Virus record (IMG/VR): IMGVR_UViG_3300028653_000016
Coordinates: 6,395-70,394 of that record
Strand: one strand, 5' to 3'
Length of the DNA stretch: 64,000 nt
Source: a virus
In this document: positions 56,209 through 64,000 of the stretch, one piece after another
Layout of the letters: every line of letters starts with the position of its first letter
Position numbering within the stretch: the stretch's first letter is position 1
Position numbers and translations under genes: made by a program
The notes under the pieces: model-generated
The model's input: the letters and a program-made list of their open reading frames with translations, nothing else
Told to the model about the DNA's origin: nothing
Databases searched by the model: none

Positions 56209-56396
56209 GGGCTATTTTGGATGTTAAGGAATGTTAATTTCTTCGCTCATGCACCTGTTGTTGACACTCACCAGTTCTACATCCAAAACAATTAGAATTA
56301 AAACCACATTTTGGATTTGTGCATTCCCAAACATCCTCAAGTACCCATTCAAAGGTATGTCGTTTACATGCAGGACATTGCTTTATAACCATATTA

Positions 56397-56753
56397 TCAA
56401 GCTTTCTCAATTCTTGTCATATTTTCCCATCGTTTAGGATCATCCATCATAGCCTGAAGCTCTTCAGGAGTATATTTCCCTTTTAGATCACGAGCCATAT
56501 TTTCAAACATCGTATCTTTTGTACTCTCAGTCTTTTCAACTTTCTTACCATCAAATATTGTCTCAGCAGCAGCAGGATTTAAGAAGCGACATAATAATTT
56601 TGTACTCTCAAAATCTTCCTCTTGATCCTTAAAGTGATTAGTTAAAATCCATGTATACTGTGCAGGTGATAGGTTAGAAATTTCTTGGGAGAAGGGAGAT
56701 ACATGGAGGGATTTTGCAACTACCCAAAGATCACGGAAGGGGATTAACTCGGC
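56397..56753 (-). CDS. tail assembly chaperone, -1 frameshift extension (gpGT-like)
   Basis: 119-codon open -1 frame (AELIPFRDLWVVAK...RIEKA*) with no start of its own, entered at A AAA AAG. Confidence 0.8.
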   Translation of the reverse strand, partial: AELIPFRDLWVVAKSLHVSPFSQEISNLSPAQYTWILTNHFKDQEEDFESTKLLCRFLNPAAAETIFDGKKVEKTESTKDTMFENMARDLKGKYTPEELQAMMDDPKRWENMTRIEKA

Positions 56754-57097
56754 TTTTTTTTTAACTCAATCAGGGTCGAATCTTGAGTTTGTGCCATTAT
56801 ATCATAACAATTATAAATCTCATTGAAAATAGGAGCCTGAAGATTTTGAATGAACTTAGTAGCATCTTCAAGACTAATTTTCTCACCATTAACAGAATCT
56901 AATGCATAGATTAATAGTGCCTGTTGAAGAACAACTGCACGAAGGGCTGGATCTTGACCCAATGGAGAAGTAGGCAACTGGCTCAATGCACTCTGTTGCT
57001 GAAGTACACTTAAAGTATGCATCTTTACTTTCAAACCATTTACTACTTCAAATTCTTTTTCAACTCGATTCAAACTACTAAAGCTTGTCAAATCCAT
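56744..57097 (-). CDS. tail assembly chaperone (gpG-like)
   Basis: Between tube and TMP; ends ELKKKPS on an A9 slippery run. Confidence 0.8.
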   Translation of the reverse strand: MDLTSFSSLNRVEKEFEVVNGLKVKMHTLSVLQQQSALSQLPTSPLGQDPALRAVVLQQALLIYALDSVNGEKISLEDATKFIQNLQAPIFNEIYNCYDIMAQTQDSTLIELKKKPS

Positions 57098-57114
57098 GTT
57101 ATGACTCCTTGTAC

Positions 57115-58008
57115 TTATCTTTTATAATTGTTATCTTGCCACCAGAGTGGCTGCAAGTTCTTATAATTAAAGCATTCTAAACGATCTTTTTCTTTACTTA
57201 AATCAAAATGATGCTTTGCTTTACAATGATCTATTTGCCATACTTTTTTCTTCTTATTACATCTTCCACGATTACCCCAATTCATATCTGGAAGCCATAA
57301 AGACTCAATATACTTTTTAAACTCGTCAGAAGTTAACCCAACATAATGAAGAAAAAAAGGAGTAGTTTTATTTTTTATGATAGCTTGATACAAATCTGCT
57401 TCAAATTTATGTCTATAATACTCATGTTGTTTATAATTTTCAGAGGTTACAGAACTTTTTGTATTTTGGGCTTGCTCTCTATAGGTTGCCCATCTAACAT
57501 TTCCAGGTTCATAGTTACCTGTCTGATTAGGAAATCTATCTAAAGTTGTCTCTTTTACACCAAATTCAATTACATGTTTATTATATGATTCACCAACATC
57601 TTTGTAGAATCCTTCAAATGTTTGCCACTCAGGACATACAGTTATATCAGAACCTCCATAATCTTCATATCTTGAATTATTAGGATTAAGGCAACGCTGC
57701 ATCATATGTTGCCAAATACCATTTAATCTGGTATGAGACATGCCATGAGTTCTGGTCAAATCCCCTAATCTATTTATTGAGGCACATCCACAATTTTTCG
57801 AGGAGCCATCTAGCAAATGAAAGGCATTAACTAAACGAATTGTTCCATCTTTAGCACATTTACATGTCCAATAATCGGTCTTATTATTTTCATGCCCTGC
57901 ATAATCAATAATTTCCCAATCTCCAAATTTAGAAATGTTTCCAAATCTTTTCAAAATTGAAAAATTTTCACGCTTAACTAAAACTCTATCTGTCTTTAAT
58001 TTTCTCAT
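57115..58008 (-). CDS. free-standing HNH-type homing endonuclease, paralog of 32254-33123
   Basis: THGMS.TR...IW..M.QRC...YGG..I.VC.EW; LDR.....GNYEPGN.RWAT; W.IDH...FDL...CFNY.NLQP; upstream TTGTAA-N17-TATACT at 58027-58055. Confidence 0.82.
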   Translation of the reverse strand: MRKLKTDRVLVKRENFSILKRFGNISKFGDWEIIDYAGHENNKTDYWTCKCAKDGTIRLVNAFHLLDGSSKNCGCASINRLGDLTRTHGMSHTRLNGIWQHMMQRCLNPNNSRYEDYGGSDITVCPEWQTFEGFYKDVGESYNKHVIEFGVKETTLDRFPNQTGNYEPGNVRWATYREQAQNTKSSVTSENYKQHEYYRHKFEADLYQAIIKNKTTPFFLHYVGLTSDEFKKYIESLWLPDMNWGNRGRCNKKKKVWQIDHCKAKHHFDLSKEKDRLECFNYKNLQPLWWQDNNYKR

Positions 58009-58063
58009 AGTATACCTTCAACTATAAGTATATCATATATTAAGCTATTTTACAATGCTTATT

Positions 58064-58594
58064 TTATGCGGGTACACCAACAACAGTAGAAGAAGTGTAA
58101 CCAAAATCTACCCCTTCTAAAATTCTGAGATCCCCACCATTTATATTATAACTAGCTGATACAGAGTGGCACCAAACTCCTGTGAAGATTGTAGATTTTG
58201 TAGGCACACCAGAACCTGTGGGCGAAATTTCGACCTTCAAAATCCCAAAACTAGCATTATTATTCACGATGTCATCACCAGAAATTCCAAGAATTTCTAA
58301 AGCATCCGAAACATACAGCATAACTCGATCTGCATGAAGAGAATACTCATCAACAGTTCTTGGTAAACGCTCAACAGGTTTCCCCTGTTGATCAGAATCA
58401 AGCTCAAATCGAAAGTCTGTGTTTCGACGCTGAGTTTGCGTAAAAGATTGAACAGCCCCAATCTTGGCTGACTGCTGAGCCAATGAAAGAAGAGCTGCAG
58501 GATTACTAAGTGTAGTTGCATCCAAATTTTTTGGAAGTAGGAATAGTGAAACACTAGTTGACAGCCTTGCATTAGTATTACCGAGTTCAGCCAT
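58064..58594 (-). CDS. tail tube protein
   Basis: Immediately downstream of sheath; IGAVQSF...FEL...VE..P pattern. Confidence 0.75.
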   Translation of the reverse strand: MAELGNTNARLSTSVSLFLLPKNLDATTLSNPAALLSLAQQSAKIGAVQSFTQTQRRNTDFRFELDSDQQGKPVERLPRTVDEYSLHADRVMLYVSDALEILGISGDDIVNNNASFGILKVEISPTGSGVPTKSTIFTGVWCHSVSASYNINGGDLRILEGVDFGYTSSTVVGVPA

Positions 58595-58637
58595 TGTGAT
58601 TCTCCTTAAGGTTCTTTAAAATCTTTTCTTTATCAAA

Positions 58638-60902
58638 TTACTGAAGGTTAAGCCCAAGTGTTATGAAAATTATATCTGCCTCTAAGACTGGCACGATACC
58701 TACTGAAACGTCCAGCCTCGTCGCATCATTAGCATCAACAGTTACAACAGGCTGTGTAAATGAAACAATAATATTGCTCTGTTGAATAGTTGAAAGAATC
58801 GCAGAAACTACTGTAGCTACCTGACTTGGCGTATTTGCTAAAAGTTTCTGACCGATGAAAATTGGGTCAAGAAGTCCACGCAATGTTTGAGTGGTGTAAT
58901 CAGCAATCTGAGTCACCTGGAACAACTGCGAAAGTACTGTAGAAGGATCTGTTGTAGTCCCAAACAAAACTTTAGGAACAGACTGAAGTGTGTCAATCAC
59001 ACAAACACCCTCATTAATAAGCAGGGATTTTTCTGCCTGTGTTAAAGTATTTGTAATTGAGGCAAATCCAGAAATAACTTCACGAGTCATTGGCTGTGCC
59101 ACATCATAAGCTGGATTACAGCGAACACCAGCCAAGGCTGCTGCAACAAATTGACTGCCAACCGCTGTTGCAGTTGTTGCCTGTCCAATAAACATTGTAT
59201 TCTTAACAGTTGAAGAATTCAAAAGAACAATACGATTGTCAGCTACTGCTGCAGCATATTGAGTCATATCTGAATCTGAATAAGAGGCAACCGTTTCATC
59301 AAAACCAACAATGGCTGTTCTTTCTAGTTTATTAATAGTAGAACTTGCAGTATCTACATGCTGCTTAATTGCTGACAGAAGCTGTGCATTCGAAGCTCCT
59401 TCCAAGGAAACTACAATACTAATATTCTGTGTAGAAAGAAGCTTATTCAAAGCAGCTTGAACTTTAGCAATAGGTGATCCACCGTCAAATGGACTTTCCT
59501 GGCACACACAAACTTCTGGGGCACCATTTTGGAATGCCAAACTTGCTCCAAGTGAAATAGAATTAGAAACGCTAACTGGACCATAATCAGTTACAACTGC
59601 TGCTAATGTAAAATAAAACTTAGGTGTATAATCGGCTGCAACTTTAGCATACTCATAAGTTACATAATAAGTAACACCTGCAAGAGGGGCTTGAGGAGTT
59701 TCTACAAATGAACCTGCAGTAAAACCAAGAATTGCATTAGCTGTTCCTGTGCCAATGTAAAGTGAGGAATCTGAAACATCAGTCGTAGAAATTATCAAAG
59801 AACCAGGAGTAGAAGATCCTGCAACAACAGTTACCGTATTTGTATCTAGTGTCACAGCGGCTGTAAGAGCAAACACTCGCCCACTAACAGTTGCACCTGT
59901 AGTTAAAGTTGCACTTGCTTGGGCAAGAATAGTTCCCTTAAAAGATGAGCCAGTTCCTAATGTAGCAGAACTTCCAACTTGCCAATAAACGTTACCTGCA
60001 TTTCCACTGTTAATCATAACGACTGAAGAGGCAGCAGCGGTTACTAGGGTAGAACCAATCTGGAATACCCATTGAGCATTGGGATTGCCCTGACCATCTA
60101 ATGTAAGAGTACCCGTAAGAGCTGCTGAAGAAGAGAATTTATAAACTCCTGCAGTGAGAGTACGTCCACCTAAATCGCCTGTTAGAACTGTTGCACCAGT
60201 AAGAGCTGCAAAAGCAGTGTATGCAGCATTAGCGTCAGCTAAAGCTGTTGCAGCAGCTGCATCACCATTATGTGTAGTGCCAACAACGGTTGGTGTTCCT
60301 GTAATAGAACCTGCTGGGCTGAGAGCAACATTTCCTGTAAGAGTTGTGCTTCCTGTATTTGTAATTGTGCTACTTGCAATAACAGCATATGTAGAAGCTG
60401 AAGCAAGAGCAGGTACAGTAACCTCAGTGGCAGAAGCCACTGCAGCAATTGAATGCCCTGTAAAATAAGCATTCATTGTGGCAGCAACTTCAGCAGCTGT
60501 GGTTTCAGTTGTAAATGGAATTGTTTGCACTGCACCATTTTTAATGGCTAATTGGAAATTTAATCCGTTAAGACTTGCATAAGGATCAAAGGTTGTACCA
60601 GTAAGTTGAGCAGCAAGGGAAAGCCATTCTACATTACCACTATTCAATGTAAAGTCAACACCATTGTAATAGACAATAAAATTTGAATCCTGGATATTTC
60701 CATCGATAGAAACTGCAGCAGGAGATAATGTATCTGTAGATCCGCTACCACGAAGAATTGCAACGTTAGATGCAGTATTCGTTAGCTTTCCTGTTCCTAT
60801 CAGAGCAGGTATGCGTACACCCTGGCCGCTTGTAGGCTCAGCGTTAGCCTGAACAGTTGTGAACACACCTGGGGTTACAAATTGGCCATTAACTTGAGGC
60901 AT
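58638..60902 (-). CDS. contractile tail sheath with an inserted DUF3494 ice-binding-like domain
   Basis: TPGVF..., LAFQNGA, ER.AIVG, FIGQK, V.I.PV...I.I.L; DUF3494 at about 59825-60415. Confidence 0.88.
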   Translation of the reverse strand: MPQVNGQFVTPGVFTTVQANAEPTSGQGVRIPALIGTGKLTNTASNVAILRGSGSTDTLSPAAVSIDGNIQDSNFIVYYNGVDFTLNSGNVEWLSLAAQLTGTTFDPYASLNGLNFQLAIKNGAVQTIPFTTETTAAEVAATMNAYFTGHSIAAVASATEVTVPALASASTYAVIASSTITNTGSTTLTGNVALSPAGSITGTPTVVGTTHNGDAAAATALADANAAYTAFAALTGATVLTGDLGGRTLTAGVYKFSSSAALTGTLTLDGQGNPNAQWVFQIGSTLVTAAASSVVMINSGNAGNVYWQVGSSATLGTGSSFKGTILAQASATLTTGATVSGRVFALTAAVTLDTNTVTVVAGSSTPGSLIISTTDVSDSSLYIGTGTANAILGFTAGSFVETPQAPLAGVTYYVTYEYAKVAADYTPKFYFTLAAVVTDYGPVSVSNSISLGASLAFQNGAPEVCVCQESPFDGGSPIAKVQAALNKLLSTQNISIVVSLEGASNAQLLSAIKQHVDTASSTINKLERTAIVGFDETVASYSDSDMTQYAAAVADNRIVLLNSSTVKNTMFIGQATTATAVGSQFVAAALAGVRCNPAYDVAQPMTREVISGFASITNTLTQAEKSLLINEGVCVIDTLQSVPKVLFGTTTDPSTVLSQLFQVTQIADYTTQTLRGLLDPIFIGQKLLANTPSQVATVVSAILSTIQQSNIIVSFTQPVVTVDANDATRLDVSVGIVPVLEADIIFITLGLNLQ

Positions 60903-60995
60903 AGGAATCTCCTTATAACTACTAAGTTTTAAATCTATTTTTTCTTACAAAAATTTGTTTATAAATAGCAACATCCTACGACTAGCGTAGTATCT

Positions 60996-61027
60996 CTATA
61001 TATACTCATTTTTATTATACTTTTTAT
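60996..61027 (-). promoter_or_regulatory. conserved motif AAAAAGTATAATAAAAATGAGTATATAT, copy 4, upstream of sheath
   Basis: Matches the core of copies 1-3 but has no mini-gene. Confidence 0.55.
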
Positions 61028-61054
61028 CTCTTAAATGAATCTTATCTACTTAAA

Positions 61055-62092
61055 TTATGGAATACTAATTGCGAGACTCAAATTACCTGTTCCATTAGCA
61101 TTTATAGCCCCTAAAGTGACATAGAAAGTACCAGAAACTAAGGGAACACCGCTTATAAGCCCTGTAGAGCCGTTCAGACTCAATCCTGCAGGTAATGCAG
61201 AAGCACTATAAGAAATTGGACTATTTGTAGCTACAATCTGGTAATTAAAATGTACAAGGGTATTGTTATCTACTGCTGCTCCTACTACCCATCCAGCTGC
61301 ATTTCCTACAACCAAATGAGTACCATCTACCACTGTTGTAATTGTAGTTGTATGAGTTCCTTGAATAACTGTATCTCCTGCGGTCATTCCAGTTGTACTA
61401 TTTATAATTAAATTGGTACTATTTGTTACCGTTGTAACATTAAAAGGCAATCCAGACCATTGATACAATGTTGGACTTATAATTATGGGAACTGGACCTG
61501 ACAAGGGAACACTTACACCAATCCCACTTATATTTACAATTGGAAGAGGGGTATCCACCCATTCCGAGTAAATATCAATTACAATTCTATTTGTAATCCA
61601 CCATCTATTATCCTGCATTACTCTACTTTCAGAAGGCATATGGGATTTTACAATTTCAATTCCATTTATTGCTAATTGGTGGGTCAAATCTTTAAAATGA
61701 TCATAAATTGTATCAATAATTTCATCTCTAGCAATTGTGTCATCAATTATATAAATATTAATTGTAACTGTTGAGGTAATACTGGCAAAATGATTATCTT
61801 CTGTCACTACATTAAAGGAATTTTTTATTTGATTTTGATCTTCTGGACCGAGATATCGGGTCTCATTACCTGAATAAGTGTCAACGACGAGTGCAGGAAA
61901 TGCTGCATTATCCTGTGGGATAATATCCCCAATAAAAATTTTGCTAGTGTCGAACGACCACATTCCATTTGCATCTTCTATATAAGGATATTTCCATCCA
62001 GCTGGATTATTAGAAGGAGAAAAGATATCTCTTAATGCTAGAATAAAAGAGTCTCTTATCTTTTTTTGGATCTGGAAGGGATTTGTTGACAT
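61055..62092 (-). CDS. tail terminator/completion protein with C-terminal beta module and Ig-like (He_PIG-type) domain
   Basis: Position before sheath; FP.LVV...T.TI.I...RD.I.D; YQI.ATN.P.SYSA..LP.GLSLN..TGLISG.P. Confidence 0.65.
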   Translation of the reverse strand: MSTNPFQIQKKIRDSFILALRDIFSPSNNPAGWKYPYIEDANGMWSFDTSKIFIGDIIPQDNAAFPALVVDTYSGNETRYLGPEDQNQIKNSFNVVTEDNHFASITSTVTINIYIIDDTIARDEIIDTIYDHFKDLTHQLAINGIEIVKSHMPSESRVMQDNRWWITNRIVIDIYSEWVDTPLPIVNISGIGVSVPLSGPVPIIISPTLYQWSGLPFNVTTVTNSTNLIINSTTGMTAGDTVIQGTHTTTITTVVDGTHLVVGNAAGWVVGAAVDNNTLVHFNYQIVATNSPISYSASALPAGLSLNGSTGLISGVPLVSGTFYVTLGAINANGTGNLSLAISIP

Positions 62093-62093
62093 T

Positions 62094-62822
62094 TTATAAT
62101 CCTGATGGAATTAAATATATAGGATGGTTACGTTCTACTTCAGCTGTATCGAAATTTTGGTGTAAGACATAATGTTTAAAACGCGAAGCAGTCACTTTTT
62201 GTATCCAGAGCCTTTCATTATTGCGTCTAACTAAAAAATCGCCTTCTGTAATTAGTGGTTCCCATAGGGTCCAAGATCTTGGTGTGTAAGTTCGCTTACG
62301 TCCAAACTCTGATACTTCAACTTGTTCAGGACCACTAGATAATAAGCTGACCCAAATTTCGATTGGGGCAAAGTAGCCACTACTAGTGAATCCATTTGCA
62401 TTACCAATAACTAGATTAGTAGTATCAGTAATAGAAGTAACTGTAGTAGTATAAGATCCTTGCTGAATTGTATCCCCTGGATTAATTCCTGTGGTACTAG
62501 ATACAGCAATATGAGTATTATCTGAAATATTAGAGACAGTAAAATTTACTGCAGTTGTAATATCTTGAATATTTAATGCCCCGACTATATACCCTGTTCC
62601 TTGACAGATATTATCCTGCCCATGTTGTTGGGATGTGTGTCTAACTTTATTAAAAAGAGGACATATAAAATTAGAAGAAAAAATTCGTTTATACAAAAGT
62701 ACACGCTCTCCACCTTGCTGCAAGATCCATTTGTCCTTCTCTCGAATTGAGAGGAAATACCATTCCCTTGAATCGGGTCCGAACTGCTCTTGTGTAGGAA
62801 GTATCTGGTACGAATCGCCCAC
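62094..62822 (-). CDS. neck / head-closure protein with inserted beta module
   Basis: GGERV.LYKR...C...C.GTGY; WT..EP.I..GDF.V; position. Confidence 0.6.
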   Translation of the reverse strand: MGDSYQILPTQEQFGPDSREWYFLSIREKDKWILQQGGERVLLYKRIFSSNFICPLFNKVRHTSQQHGQDNICQGTGYIVGALNIQDITTAVNFTVSNISDNTHIAVSSTTGINPGDTIQQGSYTTTVTSITDTTNLVIGNANGFTSSGYFAPIEIWVSLLSSGPEQVEVSEFGRKRTYTPRSWTLWEPLITEGDFLVRRNNERLWIQKVTASRFKHYVLHQNFDTAEVERNHPIYLIPSGL

Positions 62823-62823
62823 T

Positions 62824-63420
62824 TTAATTCTCCATTTTTTTGACTTTTGCCCAACGTTTGAAAGAAGCTTCTTTACCTGTTTGTCGCATAATATCTGATG
62901 GTGGATTTTCTATCCAATATTTTTCTAATATTTCACTTTGCTTTTTCTTCTGTTCGTCTGTCCATACACGACCACAATGTTTACGTTGTTCTTCTGTTCT
63001 AATTTTTCCTCTATGGGATTCAGCAGCATTTTTAATATGTTCAGGAGACTGTTTTTTACCTAAATGGGCTAAGGACATTAATTTCTTAGTTTCTTCAGTA
63101 TGCTTTCTACCTAACATTGGAGAGGTAACTATTTGAACTATATTATAACCTTTTTCTTTATTAGAAGAATCATAATAGTCAAGCCAATATTGTTCCCTTT
63201 CCATAAGTTGATTTCTATTTAATACCAATTCAACAATTTCAAATTCAAAAGCTTCTGCACCGTATTTATTCCAAGCATTTTGTAAACGAGGTGAATGATG
63301 GATATTGTCTCTTAACTCCTGCCTATGCTGCCACCATCGTCTAGTAAAATTAATAGCAGAACCAATATAAAGCATCCCATTAACTATATTTCTAATCCTA
63401 TAAATACCTGATTGTTTCAT
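62824..63420 (-). CDS. GIY-YIG homing endonuclease with NUMOD3 motifs
   Basis: SGIYRI.N..NG..YIGSA....RR..QH...LQNAWNKYG...EQYW...GYN; GRKHTEETKKLMS. Confidence 0.92.
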   Translation of the reverse strand: MKQSGIYRIRNIVNGMLYIGSAINFTRRWWQHRQELRDNIHHSPRLQNAWNKYGAEAFEFEIVELVLNRNQLMEREQYWLDYYDSSNKEKGYNIVQIVTSPMLGRKHTEETKKLMSLAHLGKKQSPEHIKNAAESHRGKIRTEEQRKHCGRVWTDEQKKKQSEILEKYWIENPPSDIMRQTGKEASFKRWAKVKKMEN

Positions 63421-63460
63421 ATACCTAAGTTTAACACATCTTTACATTATCTGCTATCTC

Positions 63461-63622
63461 TTAAATTTTTGGTTGCAATGCCACAATAGCTGCTTGATAT
63501 GTTGCTTCATCAATAAATGTTATATCTGTTGCCCCAAGTTCTACAAGTAATCTTGTAACTGTAGCTTGATCCATCCCTTCTGTTTGTTGATAGCCTCTTG
63601 ACGATTTAATATAGAATTTCAT
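63461..63622 (-). CDS. hypothetical protein (53 aa)
   Basis: Manual translation MKFYIKSSRGYQQTEG...; TAATG overlap. Confidence 0.55.
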   Translation of the reverse strand: MKFYIKSSRGYQQTEGMDQATVTRLLVELGATDITFIDEATYQAAIVALQPKI

Positions 63623-64000
63623 TATCTCATTCTCCTAGCTGAAACACGACCATATGCCGACGGAGTAGTTCCCGCTGAAAAAGTCGCAAATACTTTAATA
63701 TAGACAGTAACGGCTGAAGCGGCTGAAACCCTCCATGCTGGAACTGACGTGCTAGAAATCGTTGATGACGCTGTTAAAGGATAACAGAACTCTGCAGTAT
63801 TGTCTCCGTAAGCTAAATCTGTATAGGTACTACCTGAATAAAGGGAAAGACCTAGGAGGATATTTCCTGTATAGACGGGACCGAAATTAACGCTCCCTAA
63901 TCCTGTCACCTCCCAGTCTCCAGCTGATAAGGCTATACTTGTGAAATTTGTCCATACTCCAGTTACGAGTGTAATAGGACTTCCCCCGCTGACAACAGAA
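63622..64000 (-). CDS. C-terminal part of a virion fibre/decoration protein (starts beyond window)
   Basis: Frame is open to the window edge; SIALSAGDWEV.G...Y.K..ATF..G...AYG..SARR.R. Confidence 0.55.
   Translation of the reverse strand, partial: SVVSGGSPITLVTGVWTNFTSIALSAGDWEVTGLGSVNFGPVYTGNILLGLSLYSGSTYTDLAYGDNTAEFCYPLTASSTISSTSVPAWRVSAASAVTVYIKVFATFSAGTTPSAYGRVSARRMR

Noticed and set aside
1-64000. All plus-strand ORFs and nested minus-strand ORFs in the track (e.g. 6118-6480, 39916-40389, 55151-55534)
   Set aside because: They are shadows of well-supported minus-strand genes, with no recognisable motifs
1-64000. Alternative genetic code (stop codon reassignment)
   Set aside because: Long genes are intact under the standard code; the small ORFs have their own starts and overlaps and are not fragments of one frame

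Overview
A 64 kb segment of a large, AT-rich tailed phage genome with a contractile tail (myovirus-like). Essentially every real gene is on the minus strand. From 64 kb to about 39 kb is a virion module: neck/tail completion, sheath, tube, frameshifted tail chaperone, tape measure, baseplate and fibres. A papain-like protease/DUF5675 pair follows. From about 37 kb to 21 kb is an early/accessory region with strong sigma70-type promoters, MetAP, a tRNA(CAT), helicases, DNA ligase, a YadA-like surface protein and an FBT transporter. From 21 kb to 1 is a replication/recombination module: DnaB, primase Zn finger, SSB-like protein, RecA, AAA+ ATPase, Pth2, split SbcC plus SbcD, UDG-fused family A polymerase and a partial MazG. 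Four features stand out. (1) About 19 dispersed, hypervariable Cys/His microproteins, most ending in a constant DNLxYLE tail. (2) A three-copy cassette of a mini Zn-finger gene plus a conserved DNA motif, twice followed by an endonuclease VII carrying an array of the same Zn module. (3) DUF3494 ice-binding-like domains inserted into three separate tail/baseplate proteins. (4) A mobile beta-rich DGTHL module inserted into four structural proteins. All family assignments come from motif recognition by eye; no searches were run.
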